The notes beneath the pieces were generated by a model, which did no database searches, was not told the origin of the DNA, and saw only the letters and a program-made list of their open reading frames with translations. Made by a program: the position numbers and the translations under genes. A stretch of DNA of 62,624 bases, the filler included, from Globobulimina sp. (taxonomy: Eukaryota), in NCBI GenBank assembly GCA_003354225.1. It is 19 parts of 19 records of this genome, joined end to end, with 100 filler letters (N's around TTAATTAATTAA, not from the genome) between each part and the next. Parts side by side here need not be neighbours in the genome. Positions count along the whole stretch, not along the records: positions 9,916 to 13,119 come from PIVH01003427.1; positions 13,220 to 16,422 come from PIVH01003428.1; positions 16,523 to 19,724 come from PIVH01003429.1; positions 19,825 to 23,026 come from PIVH01003430.1; positions 23,127 to 26,327 come from PIVH01003431.1; 14 more parts are not named here. One strand, given 5' to 3'. Of this stretch, positions 12,891 to 25,689 are shown piece by piece; position 1 is the first letter of the stretch, and each line of letters begins with the position of its first letter.

Positions 12891-13349
12891 ACAAAGGCAG
12901 AATCTAAATCAACAGATAATGGCCATGCAACAAGCTCAGTTTCAACCACAGTATAGCCCTCAGAATATACCTCTAATGCCTTTAGGTGGGTTAATACCTT
13001 ATGGTAATGAAGAGACTGTAGAGTTAGAGACTTCAGCTAACTTGGCAACATCGCGTATGGTGGGCATGAGATTAACCAGTCGAAATACTTGTGCATTTCG
13101 GCAAATATAACAGTTAGAANNNNNNNNNNNNNNNNNNNNNNNNNNNNNNNNNNNNNNNNNNNNTTAATTAATTAANNNNNNNNNNNNNNNNNNNNNNNNN
13201 NNNNNNNNNNNNNNNNNNNAGCTGTCGAACTGATTAAAAAGTAAAGAGGTGTTTGACAGAGTTTTTTAAAATTCAGTACATATCGGAGACCCCTATTTAG
13301 GACTTCTCACATTCTCACAAAACTACAAAACCTTTGTCTCAACTGAACC

Positions 13350-16259
13350 ATGGCAAACAAGGATGTGTATGAAATAGACCTCGGAGGTTTTACATCCTCC
13401 GAAGATGATGATATCGAATTGGAAGAAAAGAAAATCGATCGCGATCTGGCGGCATCCACACCATCCCGTTCATCGCGCTCCTCACATTCCAATGTCGCAA
13501 ACGACAACAAAACACAAACACAAACTGCCACATCCGGATCCAACACCTCCTCACATTCCATCTCAACCAAATCAGTCAAATCGAGCCAATCGCAATCCGA
13601 TATATTAGCAAATGGTGTGCATCAATTGAGTGCCTATTATGGGACACCAAATACCAAAAACAAATATAAAGATAACACCCCATCCATCAGCTGCGACGAA
13701 TTGAGATACGACTTCAAATCCAAATATTTCGATGCCAACAAATTCGTAGAAAAGAAAGTGTCAGACATGACAGTCTCTGAACTGGTGAACTATTCCAATG
13801 AGCTGAACCACGGCGTGAAAGCCCTTGATTCTGAGATGCAAATGATGGTTTATGACAATTATAACAAATTCATCTCTGCCACGGACACCATCCGGTTTTG
13901 TATTATATTCTATATTTTATCCTTGCACTCCACTTCAACTTCGATTCCACTTTACAGCAAAATGAAGGATCAGGTGGAAAATATGGAGAATGAGATGAGC
14001 AAATTGTTGGCCAACATGAACAACATAGCGACGAATTGCGGAGAGATCGAGAGCAAATTCAGTAAAAACCGCAGTGAAATTGAAAAATTAGTCTCAGTGC
14101 GCGGCTTATTAAAGAAACTCGAATTTTTGTTCGAATTACCCAACCGCTTGAAAAAAAACATCGAATTGGGAGACTATGAGAGAGCCGTCAAATATTTCAA
14201 AATGGCCACGAAAATATTGGTCAAATACAAACACATTCCGTCGTTCCATCGCATCTCCATCGAATCGCAGGAAATTGTCAACGATTTGCGCGAGAATTTG
14301 AAGAAACAAATGATTTCGAAGAATATTCTGTCGTCCAAGCAATTGGAAATTGCCAAGTTGTTATTGTCGTTGAACCAGGAACCGGAACTTTTGTGGTATG
14401 ACATTTTCAAAACTAGAAAAGAGTCATTGTTATCCACGATAATTAAATTAAAAAAATCGGACAAAATTCTAAATTATTTCAATTCACAAAAAGAAGTCAA
14501 ACAATTGGCGCCCACTCAAAATGAACAAAAGTTTGAAGAAAACAATCCGTTCCAGAAAGATTCTACAAATCCGTTTCAGAACGAGATTGAAGAAAGCACC
14601 GAGAACAAAAATGTTGAAGAAAAAAATGAGAAGAAAATTTTTTTTTCAGTTATCGATCATTTTCGGGTTCATTTTGTAGCTCTTTTTATAGATTTTGTGG
14701 AGGAATACAATGCAGTGTTTATCACACCGTTCAAAGGGCAGCGATATGAAAAATCCATGGCTGCGTTGACCTCGTTTACGAGGGATATTTTTTTTGAATA
14801 TTTCAATGTGATCAAAGCAGAGTTGCAGAAGGAAAATAATATCGATAAATTGACGGAGGAATTGGAGTTATTTTATGACGGCCTGTATAAGCCAAGCAAG
14901 CTTGTACCAAATGCAAAATTACAGGATCGGGGAACGGAGATTATCGAACATTGTATACGGCGAAGTATGGAGAGAGAATTTAAGGTATGGCCGTTTTGCA
15001 AAACATTGCCGTTTGGCGCTGATTGGTTGTTGTTTTTTTGTAGAGAACGTGGGAGAGACAGTTGTTATTTGTGTGCGAGTATTTGAATGAGAATTATGAT
15101 ATAAATAAAATAGTATTGCAAGCAGGCAAAAACTCGAACGAATATCACATAAAAAAGTGTGTGAATCGTATCAAAATATTAGGCATTGATTGCTTGAATC
15201 ATTTGGTGCCATTAACTACCAATCAATCGCAATTAATTAACATTTTAGACTTGAACTTCGATGATCAATTATGGTCTTACACGGCAAATATATTTAAGAT
15301 ATTTGCTGATATCATACCGATTGAGTTGCGTGTCAATGATGGGAATAACACCAAGATTATAACCAATTTGGTGGAGGAGTTTGATGACGAAAATCATATA
15401 TTCATTCAATCCATTTATGAGAAATTATATTTTGAATTGGAGCCAATTAAATTGTTAATTTTATCCAAGATTTTGATTGGTATTAAATCCAATGTGGTGG
15501 AGGAAATTATTAAGCATTTTAAGAAAAACTATTTGTATAAAAACACGGCTTCGTTGGGTATCTATAAACAGGTCTGAAGTGTGTATATTTTTGTTTGTAG
15601 CATTTATTTGTTTTTTGTATTGGTAGGAACTGTTATTATTTAAACAATATTGCCAAGATTGCGCAAATGGATTAAGATTAATGTATTCGCAAAGGATATC
15701 GCAAGATATTATTGTATTGATAAATAAGTTGGAAGCAGATTTTTCAGGTTTTTCAGAGACGCAGAGACAGGAAATTATCACTAACATTCGGATGGAAATC
15801 AATAAAACAATTGCGAATATGAAGAAAATCTACAATATTTCGCGACAATTCATACAATGTCATGTATTGTCATCGCAATTAATGAATAATAACAATTCAA
15901 ATGTGGGCAATTTGAGTGTGGGAATGAAACCAGATAATTTAAGGAAATATGATAAGTTATTTACGGAACAAAGTTTAATTTATGACATTGTGGGTGACAA
16001 TGCAAACGATGTTTTATTTACAATCTATAAAATTATATTTAAACATTGGTCGGAGATCTTAAGGACGAAAATTATAAATAATAAACAGAGAGGTTTTATA
16101 GAAGCAGATGTGAAATATTTTCGAAATAATATTCAGAAAATTATATCGAAAAAAGATTTTAAGAAATTACAAACTTTATTAGATGAAATACAACAAACTG
16201 CAAAGGAGAGATGCATTGTAAATGCACGTAATGATAATGATACTGTTGACATTGACTGA
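13350..16259 (+). CDS. VPS51: Vacuolar protein sorting 51 (GARP/EARP subunit); introns 13895-13957, 14985-15043, 15572-15626
   Basis: LDSEMQMMVYDNYNKFISATDTIR|KMK and LLKKLEFLFELPNRL are VPS51 hallmarks. The three GT-AG introns restore one frame. Confidence 0.92.
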
Positions 16260-16866
16260 TGATTGACATTAATGTGTAGTAAAATGTTTGGTGATTATAT
16301 ATGTTTACCCAAAAAAACGCAGTAAAAGTGGAATTACTCCACTCCTTTTGACCCGTTTACTGACCTAGTGACAGTAAAATAGAAATCTTGTACGTGATTG
16401 GTAAAATATTGTACATTATTGGNNNNNNNNNNNNNNNNNNNNNNNNNNNNNNNNNNNNNNNNNNNNTTAATTAATTAANNNNNNNNNNNNNNNNNNNNNN
16501 NNNNNNNNNNNNNNNNNNNNNNGTCATCCAATGAGTATTGGACTATGTGATTTATAATAACAATATCTGCATTCATTGTTTATCAATCAAACTCAATCAG
16601 CAGTTTGATTGTATTGTCTGTAACATCTCATCTGTTTTATTCATTTATTTAATTATTGGATGGATGAAATACCGACAATTTTTACTATTTTGGTTATGTA
16701 AATGTGTAAAAGAAAGAAATCAAACCATAATAATATGCAACAGCAAGATAAATGACAATCAGTTACATTTGCAAAATGAATTACTATTAAATGAAGTGTT
16801 TTGTATGAATTTGTATGAATTCTAAATTTTTTGTGTTTTCTTTAGTTTTCAGTTGAGTTCCAAACC

Positions 16867-19180
16867 ATGTCTCGTATTGTGTTTGTGTTTTTAATTGGTT
16901 CCACCATCACAAACTTATGCAAATCTAAACCAACCGATTGGTTACTCACTGATTTAAACGCATTTCCTGCGGTTGAATTAACAACTTGTGATTACAATGG
17001 ATTTGAATGTATTGAATTGTCAAACACTTTAATATCACGAAAATTTATTATTTCACCAAATTTTTTTACAATTGAATACAATTCGTATATGGTATCGACG
17101 CAACCGGAATATGCCTTGCGATCACCATTTAGTCCAGAAGCAATCATAGGATTTGATTATAAAAACTATTCAATTGGCGGTCTATCATACATAAATAATA
17201 CAAATACAACCTCTGCATTTTGGGACGAATCTTTTTTAAACAAAGAGAATATTAAAATAAATTCAACAACCTGGACCTTTGTAAATTATTCCGTCTCGAC
17301 CCAATGTAATAAATTATATAATTGGACCCCAGGCACTCGCGGTTCCTTTACATATTTAAATTGGCCGCCAAAAGGATTACAATTAAACATCACATTCAAA
17401 GCTCCACCAACTGCCCCTGCAAATATACGTAATTTTATTAACATCACAGTCCAATACGAAATGTTTCAGGGAATGCCATTACTATCCAAGCAAATATTTA
17501 TTGCCTCCTCAAATCCATCACAAACCAGCAATATATATTTGACATATATTCAAGTCGAACAATTAAAATTAAACATACCGTATGGTGTAGGCGAAGAAGA
17601 TTGGGATTGGGGGAATTCACATTCATCCATGGTACCCTTCCCAGGCAAATTGTGGATCGAAACCGATGTGAATAAGGGTGCATTTATTAATTGGTACCAA
17701 GATACAGACGCAAATATGTTCAAATCAGCTAATTATGGCGGATATGAGCCGAGTATGATAACGTATTATGGCCCAAATAGTCAACAAACACAATGGTCTG
17801 TCCGTTTAGCGCCAGAATTACCGGGTACACTGAATGGGATATTTAAAAGTTTTCGAACCTTTGAGCTGTTTTTTGATACGTTTGAGTTAGAGCGGCAGGG
17901 TCTTGCTCGACGACGAATGATGTCATTGCTGTCACCGACTTTGACCGAAGCACCCGTCTACACACAAACTGTTAATATGAGTAATAATTCATTGTATGCG
18001 ATGATTGAGCAATGTTCTGAGACTGGGATGGAAATCTTGGCATTTTCATTTGATTCTGGATTTGATATGGAAACAACCAATCAAACGACGTTAAATTATT
18101 ATAAATCAATCATAGAACATGCAAATTCGTTTGGAATAGAAATTGGTGGATACGATTTAGTTGATATGGCAATCAATGTAAGTGAATATAATCATGTTTT
18201 GGTGGATGGTGAAGCAGTGAAAGGTGCCTGTTTTGCGAGTGGATGGGTGGATGAATTAACTGTGTATTTTAATAATTTTATTGATTATTGTGGCGGTACA
18301 ATGATTATCACTGATGGACCATATCCGGGATTTTCTTGTGCTTCAACGCAACATAAATATCATGAAAATTTGGACGACAGTGTTTTTCGCGAAACCTGTA
18401 TGCAAAATGAGTGGTATTTATATTATAGAAATAAAGGGATTTATATACATAGTCCGGATAATTATTATTATTTTGGTATCAATAAAGATAAATATCCATA
18501 TAATGAGCATACAACTACATTGCCGCGATGGTGGGATTTAACAATTTACAGACAATTGATGTACGACAATAGTTATAGGATCCCAGTGACCGCCGGATGG
18601 ATGTTTTTACCTATTATGGATGTTTTTGTTTTAGTATATAAAATACGTTTATTCAACGGATAAATAATCACATTTTCAAAGCAAGAATCATAATGGTTCG
18701 CAAGATGCCGTTTTTCAACCTGTCAGTCAACATGTATCTGATTATAATTTCGCATTGGGACAGTATTTTAGCTATGCGGTTGCGGCCACCATTCGTGGCA
18801 CCGAGTTATATGATAATAATATCACCAGAGATATTGTGCGGAAATGGGTCAATTATTATAAAAAATATAGATCCATTTTAATTTCTGATATTATACATAT
18901 TGTGAGACCAAATAATTTAAATATTGATGCAATATTACATGTAAATCATATGTTAGATTATTGTGGAATGTTAATTATTTTTAATCCATTGAATAGAACA
19001 TTGTTTAATCAAACATTAGATGTAAATCTATATTATACCGGAGCAAAAAATACAGTATTTATGAAACACGAAGAAAACAATTATAAAAAAATAGATTTAT
19101 ATGATGAATATTATTATACACTCACATATGATGTAACACAAAGGAATATAACATATTGGCTGTTTAATTGTTTATTATAA
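16867..19180 (+). CDS. Secreted glycoside hydrolase, alpha-galactosidase-like TIM barrel; intron ~18622-18685
   Basis: Signal peptide; SFRTFELFFDTFELERQGLARRRM, IEQCSETGMEILAFSFDSGFDME, GIEIGGYDL, ACFASGW, TDGPYPG. Many N-x-S/T sites. Confidence 0.7.
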
Positions 19181-19250
19181 CTAGAAACACTTTTCAATAT
19201 TAATATAAACCGTAATTAAATATTCTAAACTCTGAATAATTGTATCTTAA

Positions 19251-19303
19251 CGATAGATCATAATCAGATAGTTCATAATCCGATAGTTCATAATCCGATA
19301 GTT
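19251..19303. repeat. 15-bp tandem repeat, ~3.5 copies
   Basis: Unit CGATAGTTCATAATC. Confidence 0.8.
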
Positions 19304-19449
19304 ATACTTTGTTGTTCTTGTTGTTCTTTATATTTTTTTTCTATTATTACCGGTACACTCAACACATTTGATTCGGCCCGGGTTATCTATCAAAAGTCAT
19401 CGTTTGGAACAGTTGCATTTGTGCGCATAACCACTTTAGAATAGTTTGC

Positions 19450-19724
19450 ATGGATTCAGATTATTCAAATGAAGATTTTAAGGAAATTGACGAAATTTTA
19501 GATGAAATCGACCAAATTGAATTAAAACATGATGAAAAATCACACTGGATTGAAGGCACTGTTTGTGAAATATATTCGCATTCTCTGCATGAATGGTTTA
19601 GAGCAGAAATTATTAAACTTTTTAAAGACGGAGAAGAAGAATGTGTAGTAGCTAAATTCAATGAAAATATGATAAAAGAAATTCGTTTATATTCCGAAAA
19701 TATACGACCTGTTACTAAAGCAGC
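19450..19724 (+). CDS. N-terminus of a protein with a Tudor/Agenet-like beta-barrel, truncated by contig end
   Basis: WIEGTVCEIYSHSLHEWFRAEIIKL...VVAKF...IRP pattern. Confidence 0.55.
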
Positions 19725-20058
19725 NNNNNNNNNNNNNNNNNNNNNNNNNNNNNNNNNNNNNNNNNNNNTTAATTAATTAANNNNNNNNNNNNNNNNNNNN
19801 NNNNNNNNNNNNNNNNNNNNNNNNTTTATGTCGAATAGAAACAGTTCCAATGTCACTGGCGATGTTCAATATCAATGAATTGACTCTCTCTCAAACATAT
19901 AAATGTTAATACAATGAAATTGAATGACAATTTGACCAATTTTGTTTTGATATCAATGTTGATTCCCTGATATAATCCGTTCAATCGCAGCATAAAGTCA
20001 TAAACAAAAACACGCCCTAAATTAAGTCAAGTCAAGTGAAAAACTAGTAATATTCACC

Positions 20059-22143
20059 ATGCTTTCTGGATTCTTAGATGACTTTCATGATGTAATGGTA
20101 ATTTTAATATCCATAACAAACCAAATATTGAACATAATAATTACATATTTGTTATACATACATGGATGGGATACATATTACACAGTATCATTAATATTTG
20201 TAATTTTAAACATATGCTCCAACTCAATAATATTTACTGCGAGATTTGTTCCATGCACTTCAATTCGTAAAAAACTTGATTGTATCCAGCCAATATGCCA
20301 TACATTATTATACATACTGATTGGAATATGTTTAGCTCCAATAACATCCATAATTATATACATCATTGAAGTATATTTACATGGCAAAGCAGTAAAAAAC
20401 ATAGAAAATGGTAATAAAAACAAATGTATTCGAATATATGGTTGTGTTTACATCCAATATCACGAAAGTTATTTGAATCAATGGATGCATTTTAAATTTG
20501 CAAAATATTTGGGATTTATGTGTCAATTAATAACTGATACTGTGCCTCATTTATTTATTCAAATTATATTGTTAATGACCCAAACATCAAATGTATCAGA
20601 TGATGGACTATTAATTTATTTAGAAATGTCAATTTTCATTTCCATATTATCTTTTATGACAAAAACATTTATTTTTGGATATGGTTTTGACAATAAAATA
20701 TACATTTTTTCATGGATGTGTTATACGACTGATTTATTAAATATATTCTTTATTATTTTATTTGTTTTCTACACAGAAAATGCTGTAGTTTTAACATGGT
20801 TAAACATTGCAACAGCAAACAATGTTTTTGCTAAAATTTTTATGTTTTTCTTAAGTTACAGTATAATTCCATTAGTGGCTATTTTTGCCATATGTGGATC
20901 AGCTTATTTTCTTTTAATGATAATAGGAGATCAATATTGGGAGTGGTTTTATTATATTTGCTGTCCGTGTTTGCTAATTCCATATGGTTGCATGGTCCCA
21001 TTTGTGTCCATTGCTGTTTTGATTGCAATGCTATTTATTAATGCGTCCATTGTCGCATATTTTGTTTCTGAAAAACAGCACCGCTTTAAATATATTACAA
21101 GATTGGAAGTCAATCAAATGGTAAATTATATGATAGGTATTTCACATTAATATGTTCCAACATGTTTTTGTAATATATATTTAAAATAATGCAATGCAAA
21201 AATATGCAGAGTTTTTGAATAAGAAATCCAGTGCAACAGAAAAAGAGTTGTATTCATATCCCAACAATGATAAAGTGATCAGAATATTAGCGGTGAACAG
21301 AGCATATCATGGCATTCGTTTTGCAAGTATGGGAATGGCATATTGCGACGATAAATTATTTAAATTTATAGCGAATATTATTGATACCCATAGCTGGGAT
21401 AAAGTTAATGAAGAAGATATTGTGAGTGCTTGTGTTAAGGTTGGACATCGTAAAAAGAAACAGATAAAGTTGTTTAAAATTCGCTTTTTGAATGAATATG
21501 TTGGATTTGTTCGCTATTCGTATAGTTGGAGTTAGGTAATGTATATAGTTTAAATTTGAAAATAATGTTTGCTTTGATTTAATATCTAGTATTCAGTCAA
21601 TTCGCTGGTTTTATCAATGAAAACCAGAGATATGCAAACCGGAGATATGCAAACCACAATCTTGAAAACTGCGTAGTGCTCTTTTTTTGTACGGTGCCGT
21701 TAATAATCTATTTGATTGTATTAACTTCAATCCATTTGCTATTATTTATGTATTTTTGTTCACGAATATTAATTATATTTTATCCCATAATTATTTTGAT
21801 TGATTCAATTGCAATAAATGAGGATGAGCCATATTTAGCATTGCAATGGTTAGTTTTAATATTATTTACTACATTTTATATTGGAATATGTGTATTACTG
21901 TTTGGACATACTATTCCTGTACTTGATGCATTGGATTTTATTCGGCCCAGTGACCACAGCGTCAATTTAACATTAAAAAATAATACATTGGAAGGATTTG
22001 TTAGAAGAATTAATGTTTGTTATGGTGTGGTGCAACTAAGTAAATATATTCAAGAGGTGTTAATACAAAAATTCGGTGATGATGTTGCTACCATAATTAT
22101 TGAATATGCGTTTGAAGAATGGATGGTAAAAAACACAATGTGA
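20059..22143 (+). CDS. Multi-pass membrane protein, XK-related-like, spliced
   Basis: Many hydrophobic segments across ORFs 20059-21150, 21194-21535 and 21676-22143. DTVPHLFIQIILL resembles the XK E-x-x-P-Q-x-x-L-Q motif. Confidence 0.55.
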
Positions 22144-22464
22144 GTGAGTTGTCATCACACTTTTTCTTATATTTTTTTTGAGTTTTCGTTTCAAGTCGTA
22201 ACTCACCGTCGATCCTCAAGTCACGTGTTGTGGCCGTTCGATTTCGACTTTTCAACAAAACCATTAACAAGCACGAGATATGGAAAACGGATGAATTATT
22301 GGCTGAATAATCGAAAGGAGAGATCCTTGCACACTGACACAGTATAATTCGGTTTGAACGTGTTCGATAAAATGAAAAATATTACTCTCAAAACACACAA
22401 TAAAAATTAAAACGAAGACAAGACGAAAGACAATGCATTTCGTCGATGATTACTTATATTATAA

Positions 22465-22923
22465 TCATTGCCATCTTCTAACACTTGAGACTTGGTTTGA
22501 ATTATAAGCAACATACTCAGCACCCCAAAAACCTCCCGATCTCGGTATATGCACAGAATTATATCCTTGCTGGTTTACCTTTTGCCCATTTAATGATTTA
22601 TTGCCATTATGATGAATGGTTTTGGTGTTACCCAAAGCGACATCTGCTTGCAAAATAGAACCATGTTGGTGTGCTTTGCGATTTGTAGCGTATGGGTTTG
22701 TGGCGAAATAAATACCCGGTCCGGCCATGCCTTTTTTGCCGAGGTTCATATGTTGACTCGATGTGATTGAATTTGCTGCGGCATGCGATGTTTGGTGATA
22801 TAAAGTCGAATACATTTTCTGATCACAATTACTGCAATATTTGCCCATAAGACCGGTTGCTAATTGATGTTTACCACTATATCTTGAACCACAGTTCGAA
22901 CATTGGATACTTTGTTGAGCCAT
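22465..22923 (-). CDS. Small PARP-catalytic/Gig2-like ADP-ribosyltransferase with N-terminal zinc ribbon
   Basis: H-Y-E-type motifs LYHQTS, GPGIYFAT, GYNSV and EYVAY. CSNC...CSNC at the N-terminus. Confidence 0.8.
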   Translation of the reverse strand: MAQQSIQCSNCGSRYSGKHQLATGLMGKYCSNCDQKMYSTLYHQTSHAAANSITSSQHMNLGKKGMAGPGIYFATNPYATNRKAHQHGSILQADVALGNTKTIHHNGNKSLNGQKVNQQGYNSVHIPRSGGFWGAEYVAYNSNQVSSVRRWQ

Positions 22924-23126
22924 TCTGTTTTATTCGCGTTTTGTTTCACAGAAAAAGAAGTTGAATTTCAAGTTAGTTGAATGAATGAAAGGTGGAGTGG
23001 AGAAGTGAGTTTATCAAGTTTTTAATNNNNNNNNNNNNNNNNNNNNNNNNNNNNNNNNNNNNNNNNNNNNTTAATTAATTAANNNNNNNNNNNNNNNNNN
23101 NNNNNNNNNNNNNNNNNNNNNNNNNN

Positions 23127-23197
23127 GACCAGGGGGGGGGTTATCTTTTGGAATATATCGTTTAACGATGATATTAAAAAGATACCCCCCTGTATAC
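23127..23197. repeat. Inverted-repeat element end, related to 57756-57881
   Basis: CAG9TTATCTTTT...AAAAGATAC6TG then TATAC. GACCAG(n)TTATC is the reverse complement of GATAACCCCTGGTC at 57756. Confidence 0.5.
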
Positions 23198-23334
23198 CGA
23201 ATATTTCTCTTAGAGTTCCAACAAACGTGAACGAAGATAATTAATGTGTGACTTGCGCAGCACCACCGATTGGATGAAAAAAAAATCATTTGATTATTAG
23301 GCAAATTTTTTTGATGACAAATCAAATGTAGTGG

Positions 23335-25659
23335 CTATTGAAAACTATCAATTATATTTAAAACTCGTTGAGCTCGTATATGATGATTATGTATTTTAGA
23401 AGAAGAAAGTAATGATTTTAATACATTTAATTTTGAAGATTTAGAGTTGAACCACATTGAATTATGACACAAGCGATAATATAAATGTTCCGCTGTATTG
23501 CTAAATCCAATTCTCCCAAAACAATCAATCAAAGCAGTTATAATATGCGGATGAATATATTTATCATTTTCATTTTGGATTTCTTCAAAAATGTCTAATG
23601 CATTGTCAATCATTCCGGAGTGAGAACAGGCATTCAATGCAATGCAATATATTGTATCATCACTATGTAATTGTACATCAAATCTACATTTTAACTCTTC
23701 AAATAATAATAATACTTTATTAATATCACCCATTTTACAGTAACAATCCATCATTGCTGCACAAATATATTTATTCTCTTTTACATTAACATCAATAATG
23801 TTATCATAAATATTTATTGCTTTTTCAAAGTGTCCACATTTTGAATACATGCAAATTATTGCACATTGAATATAAATATCATTCTCATACTCATACTCAG
23901 TCCATTCGTTTTGTAATAAATTAATAATTTTCAAACCTTGATTAAAAGATATAATATTACCGCATGAATGTAATGCAGTGCTATAGCAAAATGAATCCAT
24001 TTTATATCCATTCTGCTTTGATAAATAAAATAAATCCAATGCTTTCTCAGAAAAACCACAATTATTAAAAGCATTCATCATCGAATTTATGCAAATAATA
24101 TCTTTGATTTCGCATGAAATATTATTAAAAATATACAATGCTTGTTCCATTTGTTGTGTTTTACCATAAAAATCAATCAACAAATTATTGAGCTGAATGC
24201 AATGATTTTGTAACTTATTTTTCAGTTTCTTTTCAATTATTATTTCTCCTCTCTCGTAAGCACCAATTTTTATACACGATTTAAGATATAAAATATACGA
24301 AATATCATTATATTCAAACTTACAGTCCTCAAATAACTGTAATGCCCTGCAATATTCATGTACATTATTATAACTTTTCATCATTGCATTTATTGTCCGA
24401 ATGTTTTTCTTTTTATCGCAAACATTATCAAACACCTTTAACGCAGCAGTAATATCTTCAAATGTGCCATAAAAATCAATCCAAGTATTAATTAATTCAA
24501 TACTATGTTTATTAAACCCATTTGCATCCATATTCAATGCATTAATAATCATAATTTCCCCCCGCTTCATATCATTCATATTGATGCATGCTTTCAAATA
24601 CAATAATTTTGATACATCATTGCATTGAATACTGGCATGACTGCCATTATTCTCATAAACTAACAACGCATTTTCATATTGATTATTATTAATAAAAGCT
24701 TTCATAATGCAATTGACAGAAACTACATCTTTTTTGTTTGATGCCATTGTATTAAATACCTGCAACGCTGCATAAATATCTCCATTGATTCCATAAAAAT
24801 CAATTATAGTATTTATCAATTCAACGCTAAACTTTTCAATACTTATACTTGCAATTAATTGCCTACCTTTATCCCATTCATTTGCATTTATGCAAGCCTT
24901 AAGGTACAAAATCATGGATATATTATCATGATCTTTGTGTCTGTAATATTTATCATATAATATAAAAACATCATTATATCGCTTATTATCTAAATAACCT
25001 TTGATCAAAACATTTATGCAGTCGCTGTTGATTTGTTTTTGAGCACAAACATTATTAAATACGTTCGAAGCTTTGTCCATATTTGCATGCTTCGAATAGA
25101 ATTCAATGACAGTGGAAAGCAGTCGAATGCTATGATTATTTGTATTGTTTATATGTATGTGGTTGTCAATAAATATTTGTCCGCTTTCATAATCATTCAA
25201 GTTTATTAATGCTTTTATGTATAAATGTTTCAATATATCGTTATGTTGACCGTCATATCGATCATATAATTGGAGAGCTCGTCTATGTTCGTTATTATTT
25301 ATATAACATTTCATCATTGTTCCTATGACAACAATATCCATTTTCGTACAAGGAATGGAATTAAATATTTTGACCGCATTGTTAAAGTCATTGCATTCTG
25401 AATAAATATGAATGACTGATGTTTTGGTGGCAATATCATTGTCATTCAGTGATTTAACAATGTGTTGTAACAAAGTTATTGTGTAATTTCTGTTGATTTT
25501 TGACAGTTTTTTGCAACATTTTAATAACAAATGTGATGATATGTTTTTATGTTTGATTATACAATCATGTAATTCCGATATTTTGTGCAGATGGTTTGAA
25601 TGCAAACATATATTTAACATTGAATGGATTACAAGTTGATTTTGTTGAGAAACATTCAA
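23335..25659 (-). CDS. Pentatricopeptide repeat (PPR) protein, 5' possibly truncated
   Basis: Tandem ~35-aa units (INTIIDFYG...AALQVF, NAMMKSY...ALQLF). C-terminal LNACSHSGMIDNAL...TALIDCFGRIG...LLSSSKIHN. Confidence 0.92.
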   Translation of the reverse strand: MNVSQQNQLVIHSMLNICLHSNHLHKISELHDCIIKHKNISSHLLLKCCKKLSKINRNYTITLLQHIVKSLNDNDIATKTSVIHIYSECNDFNNAVKIFNSIPCTKMDIVVIGTMMKCYINNNEHRRALQLYDRYDGQHNDILKHLYIKALINLNDYESGQIFIDNHIHINNTNNHSIRLLSTVIEFYSKHANMDKASNVFNNVCAQKQINSDCINVLIKGYLDNKRYNDVFILYDKYYRHKDHDNISMILYLKACINANEWDKGRQLIASISIEKFSVELINTIIDFYGINGDIYAALQVFNTMASNKKDVVSVNCIMKAFINNNQYENALLVYENNGSHASIQCNDVSKLLYLKACINMNDMKRGEIMIINALNMDANGFNKHSIELINTWIDFYGTFEDITAALKVFDNVCDKKKNIRTINAMMKSYNNVHEYCRALQLFEDCKFEYNDISYILYLKSCIKIGAYERGEIIIEKKLKNKLQNHCIQLNNLLIDFYGKTQQMEQALYIFNNISCEIKDIICINSMMNAFNNCGFSEKALDLFYLSKQNGYKMDSFCYSTALHSCGNIISFNQGLKIINLLQNEWTEYEYENDIYIQCAIICMYSKCGHFEKAINIYDNIIDVNVKENKYICAAMMDCYCKMGDINKVLLLFEELKCRFDVQLHSDDTIYCIALNACSHSGMIDNALDIFEEIQNENDKYIHPHIITALIDCFGRIGFSNTAEHLYYRLCHNSMWFNSKSSKLNVLKSLLSSSKIHNHHIRAQRVLNIIDSFQ

Positions 25660-25689
25660 ATTGTTATAAATTGCGAATGCTTCATTAAT

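Noticed and set aside
13895-13957. Hydrophobic insertion in VPS51
   Set aside because: It is a 63-nt stop-free GT-AG intron read through by the ORF caller.
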